Below, piece after piece: positions 1-8,309 of a DNA stretch of 64,000 nt; positions within the stretch are counted from its first letter, which is position 1; every line of letters begins with the position of its first letter. Origin of the DNA: Candidatus Latescibacterota bacterium (GTDB lineage: Bacteria; Latescibacterota; UBA2968; GCA-2709665); NCBI GenBank assembly GCA_965219455.1, contig OZ244744.1:5408001-5472000 (forward strand), in the 5' to 3' direction. The translations under genes were made by a program, and so were the position numbers. The notes beneath the pieces are model-generated. The model did not search any database, was not told where the DNA came from, and saw nothing but the letters and a program-made list of their open reading frames with translations.

Positions 1-1
1 C

Positions 2-58
2 ATTCACTTGCGAAACGGATTACGCGTCCGCACGATACGTGTGGTTCTGGTAAAATGA
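2..58 (+). CDS. 3' end of a gene truncated by the window edge; resembles an FlgD-Ig/C-terminal sorting-domain ending
   Basis: Frame 2 reads IHLRNGLRVRTIRVVLVK-stop, similar to the '...TRKMVLLK' endings of secreted FCB-group proteins. Confidence 0.4.
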   Translation: MHLRNGLRVRTIRVVLVK

Positions 59-244
59 CCCGGGGATAGATCATCCGCGTCCGCCCACGATTAAGGGCAA
101 AACGCCGAAGGTGGCGGCGTGCTGAGCCTCCCGTACCCATGCGCCAGACTGCCTTCTTGCGGATGCAGAGAGTAAATGCCGCTCATCGTCGGCAGGTTCG
201 TTGCGGTTGTAATGAAAAATTATCGAGGAAAGGGGGTGGAATTC

Positions 245-505
245 ATGGCACAGCCCGAGATTACGTTCAGACACGGTTCCTGCAGCGCTTCCGTATTTGA
301 GAACGAATATAACCGTGGCAAGGACAGTTTCAACGTCCGTACAGTTTCGTTTCAAAGAAGCTACCGGGACAAGCAAGGCGAGTGGCAGCGCTCCAGCAGC
401 CTGCGCGTAAACGATATTCCTAAAGCGATCCTGGTGCTCAACAAAGCGTATGAGTACTTAACGTCCAACGGTCACGCTGAAGTCGAAGAAGAAGCCGAAA
501 CCTGA
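245..505 (+). CDS. Small hypothetical protein, possibly ssDNA-binding (SSB/PC4-like)
   Basis: ATG at 245 after a purine-rich RBS; contains 'FQRSYRDKQGEWQRSSSL' and an acidic tail; followed by a terminator. Confidence 0.65.
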   Translation: MAQPEITFRHGSCSASVFENEYNRGKDSFNVRTVSFQRSYRDKQGEWQRSSSLRVNDIPKAILVLNKAYEYLTSNGHAEVEEEAET

Positions 506-531
506 GCTCGGTTTCACAGTTGATTGCGAAG

Positions 532-570
532 AGGGACAACCTGCGTCAGTTTTACGGGTGTCCCTTTTTT
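532..570 (+). terminator. Rho-independent terminator
   Basis: GGGACA...TGTCCC stem followed by a T-run. Confidence 0.65.
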
Positions 571-666
571 GTATTCTTACTGTTCTATTGTTGTTTCAAG
601 GACGATTTATTCGTATCTTCCGGGGAACGTACATTGAGCGGGTTATCGAGAATGCGGAGCGTTCAC

Positions 667-1587
667 ATGGAAGATGCGCCCATCGATATTGAGCAATCTT
701 TGGCCCGGCTGACGGGCGAATTGCAGAATTTCCAGGATATCGTCAAGCATATCAAACCGCCGTCGGGTGAAATTCCCGTATTAAAGGGAATCGACATCTA
801 CGGAGAAACCATTCCGCTGAAAGGTCTGATCGGCGGCGATCATATCATATACGTCGATTTTAAGAAACGGTACGATCTGGAGGCGCGTATACGGCATGCG
901 GAGAAAGAAGGCCGCAGGAGAGTAGCCGCAAACCTCAGGAGATGCCAGCGGATGGCCGGGATCGCGCTCGTGGATGTGTCAGGTCACCAGATTACTGACG
1001 CGATGCTGGCCGGTATGTTGCACGAGGCATTCTTGCTCGGCGCCATCTACGAACTGGACCAGTTCGGCACGATCACTGAGAAATTGTTCGAGAATTTGAA
1101 TACACGGATTTACAATTCTTCCAGCATCAGCAAATTCCTCACGATGATTTATGGAGAGATCAGCGAAGACGACACATTCAAATTTCTTTCTGCGGCCCAC
1201 CCCATGCCGATTGTGTTTTCCAATATGAATGATCGGATTATGGACATTAGCGAGGATCTGTTTGTGAATTTCCCTCCCATCGGAACTTTTCCCTCACAGG
1301 AGGATATCGACCGGCAGGCGATCGAAAGTGTGCTGGGCTTCAAGAAAAAATACGAGATCAATGAGTGGACGCTGATGGGGCCGGGCGACATTCTGTTGTT
1401 GTATACGGACGGGCTGACGGACCATCGTCGGGGCGACGACGACTATTACCCTGATCGGCTCGAGGGCGCGCTCCGGCGGGTCAAAGTGCTGCCGGCCCAG
1501 GGGATTTTCGAGGCCATAAAAGAGGATCTGCTCGACTTTGGCGAACCCCTGGACGATATCAGTCTTGTTGTAATAAAGAGGACTTAG
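667..1587 (+). CDS. PP2C/SpoIIE (RsbU-like) Ser/Thr phosphatase
   Basis: Motifs GGDH, DVSGH, YTDGL, DDISL; start refined to ATG 667 (GGAG upstream). Confidence 0.85.
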   Translation: MEDAPIDIEQSLARLTGELQNFQDIVKHIKPPSGEIPVLKGIDIYGETIPLKGLIGGDHIIYVDFKKRYDLEARIRHAEKEGRRRVAANLRRCQRMAGIALVDVSGHQITDAMLAGMLHEAFLLGAIYELDQFGTITEKLFENLNTRIYNSSSISKFLTMIYGEISEDDTFKFLSAAHPMPIVFSNMNDRIMDISEDLFVNFPPIGTFPSQEDIDRQAIESVLGFKKKYEINEWTLMGPGDILLLYTDGLTDHRRGDDDYYPDRLEGALRRVKVLPAQGIFEAIKEDLLDFGEPLDDISLVVIKRT

Positions 1588-1651
1588 TGTCCCGTTTCGG
1601 AAATATGTCACCATTCATCCGCCGAATTTAGGCAATCTATCTCAGGGACAG
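1587..1651. repeat. MITE/REP-like short element, copy 1
   Basis: 1587-1624 matches the reverse complement of 19686-19723 at 35/38 nt; bounded by TGTCCC...GGGACA. Confidence 0.55.
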
Positions 1652-1737
1652 AACATTAAAAGTGTACGCATCGGCCGCGGTCCGTTGAAGCGCCGGCCTG
1701 AATCCGAATTAGTCGTTAATTCGCAGGAGGCAAAACC

Positions 1738-3147
1738 ATGAAGATGTTTGTCAATTCCCGCTGGATGGACAAGGACGAGAAAGTCGAGGTACTGAATCCC
1801 TACGATGGCTCGGTTATCGATACGGTACCCCGCGCCGACGGAAGAGACGTGCAGGCGGCCCTGGCGACGGCGGCCAGGGGCGCCGAGGTGATGGCGGCGA
1901 TGCCCGCCCACGAACGATACCGCATTCTGCATCGTGCCTCGGAGTTGATGGCGGAGCGCCAGGAGGATTTCGGGCAGACGATCTCCGCTGAAGAGGGGAA
2001 GATCATTTCCGAGGGGCGGGGGGAAGCTGCGCGGGCCGTCGATACAATGACACTCTCGGCCGAGGAGGCGAAACGGCTTTACGGTGAAACCATTCCGCTG
2101 GACGGCGCAACCGGCGCCGAGGGCAAGTTCGGCTTTACCGTTCGGGTCCCCTGTGGCGTCGTCGTTGCGATTACACCCTTTAATTTTCCCCTGAATCTGG
2201 TCTGTCACAAGGTAGGACCGGCTCTGGCAGCTGGAAATTCGGTGATTGTAAAACCGGCCACGGATACGCCGCTCTCCGCGATGAAATTGGTAAAGGTACT
2301 TGTCGATGCGGGCGCCCCGGCCGAAGCCGTGCAGTGCATCACGGGGCCAGGGGGTGAAATTGGAGACATGCTGTCTTCTGATTCCAGGGTGCGTAAAATC
2401 TCCTTCACCGGCAGCAGAGACGTGGGTGAACAGATTTGCAGAACAGCTGGGCTAAAAAAGGTAACAATGGAACTGGGGTCCAATTCTCCGTTAATTGTGA
2501 TGCCCGATGCCGATCTGGAAAAGGTGGCCGCCGCTACGACCGCGACAGGTTTTGCAAATGCCGGGCAAGTTTGCATTTCTGCGCAACGTGTCATGGTCAA
2601 CAAGGACGTATATGAGGACTTCATTGACGTACTCAAGCCTCAGGTGGAGGCTATGAAAACCGGCGACCAATTGGATGAGTCGGTGTCCATGGGTCCAATG
2701 ATTCGCGAAAAAGATGCCGAACGGGTAAGCGCCTGGATAAAGGAGGCCAGGGAGGGCGGTGCGAGGGTGATCGTTGGGGGTGACCGGGAAGGAACCTTAC
2801 ATGCGCCCACAGTGGTGGCAGATGTCGATCCAAAGATGCGGATTTCGTGTGACGAACTCTTCGGTCCGGCCGTTGGACTGACCCGATTCGAAACGATCGA
2901 TGAGGCCATTGCCTCTGCCAACGACACCAATTACGGTTTATCAGCCGCGTTGTTTACTGAGAATCTGGACCATGCGATGCGATTTGTAAACAAGGTGCAG
3001 TCGGGCAATATTATGGTAAATTGGGGTCCTCAATGGCGGGCAGACCTGATGCCTTACGGTGGTCTGAAAGAAAGTGGGATGGGCAAGGAAGGGCCCAAAT
3101 ACGCGGTGGAGGAGATGACGGAGTTGAAGATGGTGGTTTTTCATTAG
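1738..3147 (+). CDS. NAD(P)-dependent aldehyde dehydrogenase
   Basis: ITPFNFP, FTGS, MELGSN, NAGQVCIS (catalytic Cys), ELFGP, PYGGLKESG; RBS GGAGG. Confidence 0.95.
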   Translation: MKMFVNSRWMDKDEKVEVLNPYDGSVIDTVPRADGRDVQAALATAARGAEVMAAMPAHERYRILHRASELMAERQEDFGQTISAEEGKIISEGRGEAARAVDTMTLSAEEAKRLYGETIPLDGATGAEGKFGFTVRVPCGVVVAITPFNFPLNLVCHKVGPALAAGNSVIVKPATDTPLSAMKLVKVLVDAGAPAEAVQCITGPGGEIGDMLSSDSRVRKISFTGSRDVGEQICRTAGLKKVTMELGSNSPLIVMPDADLEKVAAATTATGFANAGQVCISAQRVMVNKDVYEDFIDVLKPQVEAMKTGDQLDESVSMGPMIREKDAERVSAWIKEAREGGARVIVGGDREGTLHAPTVVADVDPKMRISCDELFGPAVGLTRFETIDEAIASANDTNYGLSAALFTENLDHAMRFVNKVQSGNIMVNWGPQWRADLMPYGGLKESGMGKEGPKYAVEEMTELKMVVFH

Positions 3148-3319
3148 GCACGAAGGGGGGAGTCCGCCGCGCGGAACACGAGGCGATGGCGCGGCTCCGA
3201 AAAACATGTGCTGCGAATGACACGCTCAAGGTCCGCATTGAACGCGAACGGCCGGTGTTCAGGGCCGACCCCTGCATGAAATTCGCGATTTCCTGATTCC
3301 GATCTTGTAATTGCGCATT

Positions 3320-3355
3320 AAAAAAAGCGGAGTGGCGTTGTTGGCGCTCCGCTTT
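3320..3355 (-). terminator. Rho-independent terminator (HU gene; possibly bidirectional)
   Basis: A-run then AAAGCGGAG...CTCCGCTTT stem. Confidence 0.7.
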
Positions 3356-3459
3356 AAGCGTAAACAGAGAGATTTTGTGGGGTCGGGACCCTACCATCTT
3401 TCCCGTCAACCTGACCCCGTGGGTGACCGTACGCCTGACCGTACCAGGCGAAGGTCACT

Positions 3460-3789
3460 TCACGTATGTAGCGGTTCGGATTCCTCCTGATCGGTTGGAT
3501 CGAGTGGCTGATGGAGTGCTTTCTTAATGAGCACACCGGCTTTAAAGTAGCTTTTCTTCCGTGCGGGCACATAGACAATTTCACCAGTCCGCGGATTTCG
3601 TGCGGCAGGCTTGGGCTTGGTATTTTTGACGCCCAGTACGCCAAAGCCACGAATTTCGATGCGGTCGCCGGAAATCAGGCTCTCGCGCATAGCCTTAAAA
3701 AGCGTGTCTACAACCTCGTAGGCGAGTTGCTTCTTGACGCCCAGGCGTTCGGAGATTTCGAGCGCCAGGTCCTTCTTGGTTGTTGTCAT
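3460..3789 (-). CDS. HU/IHF family nucleoid-associated protein
   Basis: TKKDL..., IEIRGFG, ARNPRTGE; ATG at 3789 with RBS GGAGGA. Confidence 0.92.
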   Translation of the reverse strand: MTTTKKDLALEISERLGVKKQLAYEVVDTLFKAMRESLISGDRIEIRGFGVLGVKNTKPKPAARNPRTGEIVYVPARKKSYFKAGVLIKKALHQPLDPTDQEESEPLHT

Positions 3790-3844
3790 TATTCTCCTCC
3801 CGTATGGCTTGCTCGATTTAGCCGAAACACAATATAGACCCAAA

Positions 3845-4020
3845 GTGTCGATTGCCGCAAGAAAAAAATTTACTATAAGTTACACAAATTTTTTCCAAAC
3901 GGGACTTGGGTATCAAGGTTTAAATTTTCTTATAATTGATTGTTTTTAATATACTTGCACGTAATTTCTCGTATTTTGTTGAATTTTATACACTTACGCG
4001 GACTGTCTCTTTGCGTATTG
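3845..4020. promoter_or_regulatory. AT-rich promoter region upstream of the HU/IHF gene
   Basis: Strongly AT-rich non-coding tract within a GC-rich background. Confidence 0.45.
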
Positions 4021-4406
4021 TCTGTTGGGGGCGCCACGCGGACACGGAGTCCGGCTTTAGCCGCTACACAATGTGACGATCCGCAGACGGATTTTCCGGC
4101 GAACCTGAAGGCCGATGACGGCCCGAGGATTGCTTGGGCAACGCCGTTTCGAGGAGCCGCATTTCAAGTTGAAGAATTGTCGGGAATGTGGATGTACACC
4201 TGGGAATAGATCGATGACATACGGCGAAACAGGACGCCGTCGCTGCTGGACCTGCGGTTGCGCGGCCCGATCCGTGGTGGGTCGGGAGGCGAATATCTCT
4301 TGGTCAAACGGGATACGTTTTAGGCCTTGAATATCGCGTCGCAAACCGATCCGTACCGAGGTGGGGTGCCGAGAGTGTATCTGAGGGCCACGGAACGTAA
4401 CCAAAC

Positions 4407-5621
4407 TCAGCCGTGTCGTTGTTCGTACAGTGCCTGAATGAGTCTGTCGACATGGTCAAATCCATTGCAAATGTGGGTAGATACCCGTATCCAGTGGGCG
4501 CGGTCGATTCTTTCCGTTGGCACGGTTATCCGATAATGCTTATAGAGGTCGAGGTTTTCGAATCCCGTGACGTGGAATGCCGAGATTGAACCGGACATGT
4601 CGGCCCTGGAGGGTGTGAGCAGTCTTGCCCAGCCGGTTGCCGCCAAACCTTCCCGTAGATAGGCAGCCAGTGTCTGGCCTCTCCGCAGAATCCGGTGTTT
4701 GCCAACCTGTTCCTGGAAATCGACGGCTTCGCCTACGGCGGCAAAGGCGGCCTGGTCACGGGTGCCCCAGTTTTCGATGGCCCACATATACGGAAGACCG
4801 TTGATCCGCAGCCTGCCGTCCCCACCCCGTTTTGCGCCCTCGCGGCTGTATCCCCAGCTTACAATGACGTGATCCAATTGCTCCTGTGCGCGCGGTGACG
4901 CGTAAAGGAACCCCGTACCCTTGGGCGCGCAGAGCCACTTGTGGCAATTGCCTCCGTAAAAGTCGCACTCAAGGGCATCCAGGTCCAGAGGGATCATGCC
5001 CGGGGCGTGTGCGCCGTCGACTGCAATCATCGCGCCACGGTGGTGGGCAAGGCGGGCCAACGCTCCAACGGGCGTAATCAGACCGGTGCGGGTGATGATG
5101 TGACTACAGAGAACCAGCCGCGTGCGACCGGTAAACTCGCTTTCAAAGGCATCAAGAATGGCTTCAGGATTGTCTGTCGCCAGAGGAAAGCGGGCGCGCT
5201 TCACCACAACCCCGTGACGTCGCTCTGCCAGATGAAGGCAATGATCGATTGCGCCGTATTCATGGTTCGAGGCCAGAATTTCGTCACCGGGGCGCCAGAC
5301 CAGACCGTGCACCACCATATTGATGGCTACGGTGACGTTGCAGGTGAATGCGATGTCCTCAGATGGCGCGTTGACAAAAACGCCCAGCCTGCGGCGACCC
5401 TCGTCCACGGCGTCCGAATGTCTCGCTCGATTCCGGATCGGGCTGCGTTCAACATCCTTCAGTATTGCCGTCATTTTCTCGAAGACCGGTCTGGGCTGCG
5501 CACCAACGGATCCGGTATTCAGGTAGACCTCATCGTCGGCAATCATATAGGCTCTGCGAATCGTCTGCCAATAGGCTTCCTCCGCTGTGGACGTCGGCCA
5601 GTTTACGTCTAATTGGGTCAC
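4407..5621 (-). CDS. Class V PLP-dependent enzyme (isopenicillin N epimerase/cysteine desulfurase-like)
   Basis: YLNTGSVG, NHEYG, VDGAH, NCHKWLCAPKG (PLP lysine), GTRD; RBS GGAGG. Confidence 0.9.
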   Translation of the reverse strand: MTQLDVNWPTSTAEEAYWQTIRRAYMIADDEVYLNTGSVGAQPRPVFEKMTAILKDVERSPIRNRARHSDAVDEGRRRLGVFVNAPSEDIAFTCNVTVAINMVVHGLVWRPGDEILASNHEYGAIDHCLHLAERRHGVVVKRARFPLATDNPEAILDAFESEFTGRTRLVLCSHIITRTGLITPVGALARLAHHRGAMIAVDGAHAPGMIPLDLDALECDFYGGNCHKWLCAPKGTGFLYASPRAQEQLDHVIVSWGYSREGAKRGGDGRLRINGLPYMWAIENWGTRDQAAFAAVGEAVDFQEQVGKHRILRRGQTLAAYLREGLAATGWARLLTPSRADMSGSISAFHVTGFENLDLYKHYRITVPTERIDRAHWIRVSTHICNGFDHVDRLIQALYEQRHG

Positions 5622-5730
5622 CTATACCTCCTGGAACGATACCGAATGAAAATTAACGGTTATGGCCAGCCGATGTTCAGTCCCTGAAACAGATTTCCGA
5701 AACTCGGCCGTCGAGTCGCCCGGCTGGCAT

Positions 5731-5775
5731 CCCTTCGACAAGCTCAGGGCGGCGCCTTCGACAGGCTCAGGAACC
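5731..5775. repeat. Tandem pair of CCTTCGACA(A/G)GCTCAGG REP-like units
   Basis: Two direct copies at 5731-5749 and 5755-5775. Confidence 0.6.
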
Positions 5776-6074
5776 AGCGCCTGCGACCAGCGGAGGGTCG
5801 GCCCGACACGCGAGACGTGATGAACCGGCCTGCCTGTGCGTGCTGTCTCAGGCACGTAGACAGGCGGATGAATGGCAACATACTTGTGGGACGGGACACC
5901 AGCGCGGCGATGATTGGTGGCGTACGGATTGACCCACAATTGTAAACTCCGGATCACCCGTTTTCAAGTCCTTTGTGAGCGAAACCTGGACCGTCCGACG
6001 GGATGTCGGGCGCAACGCCGGATCTACCCGCGTTTCTTGAGCGTGTTTCCGTGTCTTGACCGTCAACGTCCTCA

Positions 6075-6318
6075 TGGATGTATTGAAGCCGGCGCGGATC
6101 CGAGCGAGTTGCAGGATCAATTTTTCGGGCTCTGTGAGAATCTGAATCTGGACGGAATGCGGCGTATGGTTGCTATCGGTCTTGATCCGAATCGGGCCGT
6201 CAACGACGGATGGAACTGTGATGTGCTCCACGGATGCCTGCAGACGTACTCGCGAAAGCCCGCCGCACATCTGCACGCCTGCATCAATCTGTTGATCGAC
6301 GCAGGCGCGACCGAGTGA
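6075..6318 (+). pseudogene. Possible ankyrin-repeat gene fragment
   Basis: AGADP, GLDPN and LLIDAGA motifs; no convincing start; upstream part looks non-coding. Confidence 0.35.
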
Positions 6319-6592
6319 ACGCTTTTCATCGCCGACCTTCGTGTTTGTCCCATTCCGTGTACCTCGGCATTGCAGGTGACGTGCATCGAGAGAGATCCTT
6401 CCGGACCGCGCCGCCTTGAAGACCTGGCGGGATAATTCGCGTGAGGTCGCGGGTTTTAGCCCTCGGTACCCCGCCTTGACACGTTCATTTATCTTGTCTA
6501 TATTAAAGTGCTTACAACAACGACGTGTTCCACATGGCAGGGCGCCGGTTCGCGGTTGGTTTCTGATCCACGCGCATCGACGGGAGTGTGCA

Positions 6593-8254
6593 ATGGCAAG
6601 CCCTTCGGACGATGAACTGGTTCGACGCTGGAAAGACGAGCCCGCGCCGCTGCTGCCGTTGTTGCACGCGTTCCACGATCGGGATGGATATGTCTCTGAC
6701 GAGGCCATCCGGTCCATCTCGGCCGGCTTGAAAACACCACTGGCAGATCTTTTTGGCACCGTAACGTTCTACCATCACTTTTCGCGCAAGCCAGGCGGGC
6801 TGGAAAAATCCCGGGTGTGCACCGGCCCCATATGCGCGCTTCGGGGCGCACTGGAAATATGCGATGCCCTGAACGGTGAACCGATGGCATGCGCGGGCAG
6901 ATGTGACGAACCGGTACCGGTGATTCAGAAACACCGCGTCCTCGTGGGAACAGATGCACGGTGCCTGCAAGAAGTCCCGACGCCACCGCCCGCGCCAAAT
7001 CCGGGCCGCCTGGAGGAATGTGTCTTTCGTCACATCCGCGCACCGCACCGCGCCACCCTCCAAGGATATCGCGGGACCCGCGGGTACGACGGGTTGGAAA
7101 AAGCCATAATGAAAATGCGGCCCGTGGAGGTTGTGGAACGGGTCACGGAAAGCGGGCTGGCCGGCCGCGGAGGGGCCGGTTTCCCGACAGGCGCAAAATG
7201 GAAGGCGGTCGCAGAGGCCACGGGCGAGCCGAAAACGGTTGTCTGCAACGCCGATGAGGGAGAGCCGGGCTGTTTCAAGGATCGAGCCCTGATGGACTAC
7301 GATCCGCACGCGGTGCTGGAGGGAATGGCCATCGCCGCGTTCGCAACAGGCGCCACACAAGGATTCATCTATCTGCGGTACGAATACCCGCAAACATTGA
7401 GCATTCTGGAAAGCGCCATTGAAGACGCGGAGAAGGCCGGGTTGCTTGGCGACGGCATTTTGGGGACGGACTTCGACTTTCGGGTGCATATTCGGCGCGG
7501 CGGCGGGGCGTATGTGTGCGGAGAAGAGGGGTCGCTGCTGAACAGCCTGGAGGGCAAGCATCCGTTTCCGAGAAACCGCCCGCCATTTCCCGTAACCCAC
7601 GGATTTGAGGATCTGCCCACGGCGGTGAACAACGTTGAAACGCTTGTTGCCGTACCTCAAATCCTCCGAAAGGGTGCAGATTGGTACCGGGGTCTCGGTC
7701 TGAACGGTCAACCTGGCACCAAAGTAATCAGTCTGTCGGGCGATATCGCAAAGCCGGGCAATTACGAGATCCCGTTCGGCTTGCCTCTGAAAACACTGCT
7801 TTACGATTGGGGAGGCGGCACACCCGATGGCCGGAAAATCCAGGCGGTGACCATGGCAGGGTTGTCCGGCGGGTTCGTAGCCGGCGACGCACTCGACGCC
7901 ACTCTCGACGAACCCAGCCTCCGCAGTTATGGATCTTTTCTGGGCGCCGGGGGCATCATCGTATTCGACGACAGCCGGGATATGGTTGAGGTCGCCCATG
8001 GCGCGATGGCCTTTTTTGCAGACGAGTCCTGCGGAAAGTGTTTTCCGTGCCGCATCGGGACGCGCCGGTTGGCCGAGCGGCTGAGCGGCGTTGGCGGACC
8101 GAGACAGGTCGGTCCCTGGCGGGCGGAAGTTCTTGATATCGGCCAGACAATGATGGCCACCAGCGCGTGCGGCCTGGGTACGGCCGCGCCTCTGGTGACC
8201 GAGAGCCTGATGAAGTATTTTCCGAATCAAGTCGAAAAGCACGTTGAAGGGTAG
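6593..8254 (+). CDS. Fused NuoE/NuoF-like diaphorase subunit of NAD-dependent formate dehydrogenase
   Basis: N-terminal LLPLLH..TFY..CTGPIC..CAGRC ([2Fe-2S]); GRGGAGFP, CNADEGEPG, GEEGSL, CGKCFPCRIG, CGLG; ATG 6593 after GGGAG. Confidence 0.9.
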   Translation: MASPSDDELVRRWKDEPAPLLPLLHAFHDRDGYVSDEAIRSISAGLKTPLADLFGTVTFYHHFSRKPGGLEKSRVCTGPICALRGALEICDALNGEPMACAGRCDEPVPVIQKHRVLVGTDARCLQEVPTPPPAPNPGRLEECVFRHIRAPHRATLQGYRGTRGYDGLEKAIMKMRPVEVVERVTESGLAGRGGAGFPTGAKWKAVAEATGEPKTVVCNADEGEPGCFKDRALMDYDPHAVLEGMAIAAFATGATQGFIYLRYEYPQTLSILESAIEDAEKAGLLGDGILGTDFDFRVHIRRGGGAYVCGEEGSLLNSLEGKHPFPRNRPPFPVTHGFEDLPTAVNNVETLVAVPQILRKGADWYRGLGLNGQPGTKVISLSGDIAKPGNYEIPFGLPLKTLLYDWGGGTPDGRKIQAVTMAGLSGGFVAGDALDATLDEPSLRSYGSFLGAGGIIVFDDSRDMVEVAHGAMAFFADESCGKCFPCRIGTRRLAERLSGVGGPRQVGPWRAEVLDIGQTMMATSACGLGTAAPLVTESLMKYFPNQVEKHVEG

Positions 8255-8309
8255 AGGTTCGCGCCGGTGTGCGTGAGTCCCGTTGCCCATATCCGGAAGG
8301 CGGAAAGTG

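Noticed and set aside
92-155. c-di-GMP-I (GEMM) riboswitch-like GGCAAA...TGCC segment
   Set aside because: Lacks the GAAA tetraloop/GACGCAAA core and a convincing P2/P3
3940-4404. Short ORFs between the HU/IHF and aminotransferase genes
   Set aside because: No RBS, motif or consistent frame
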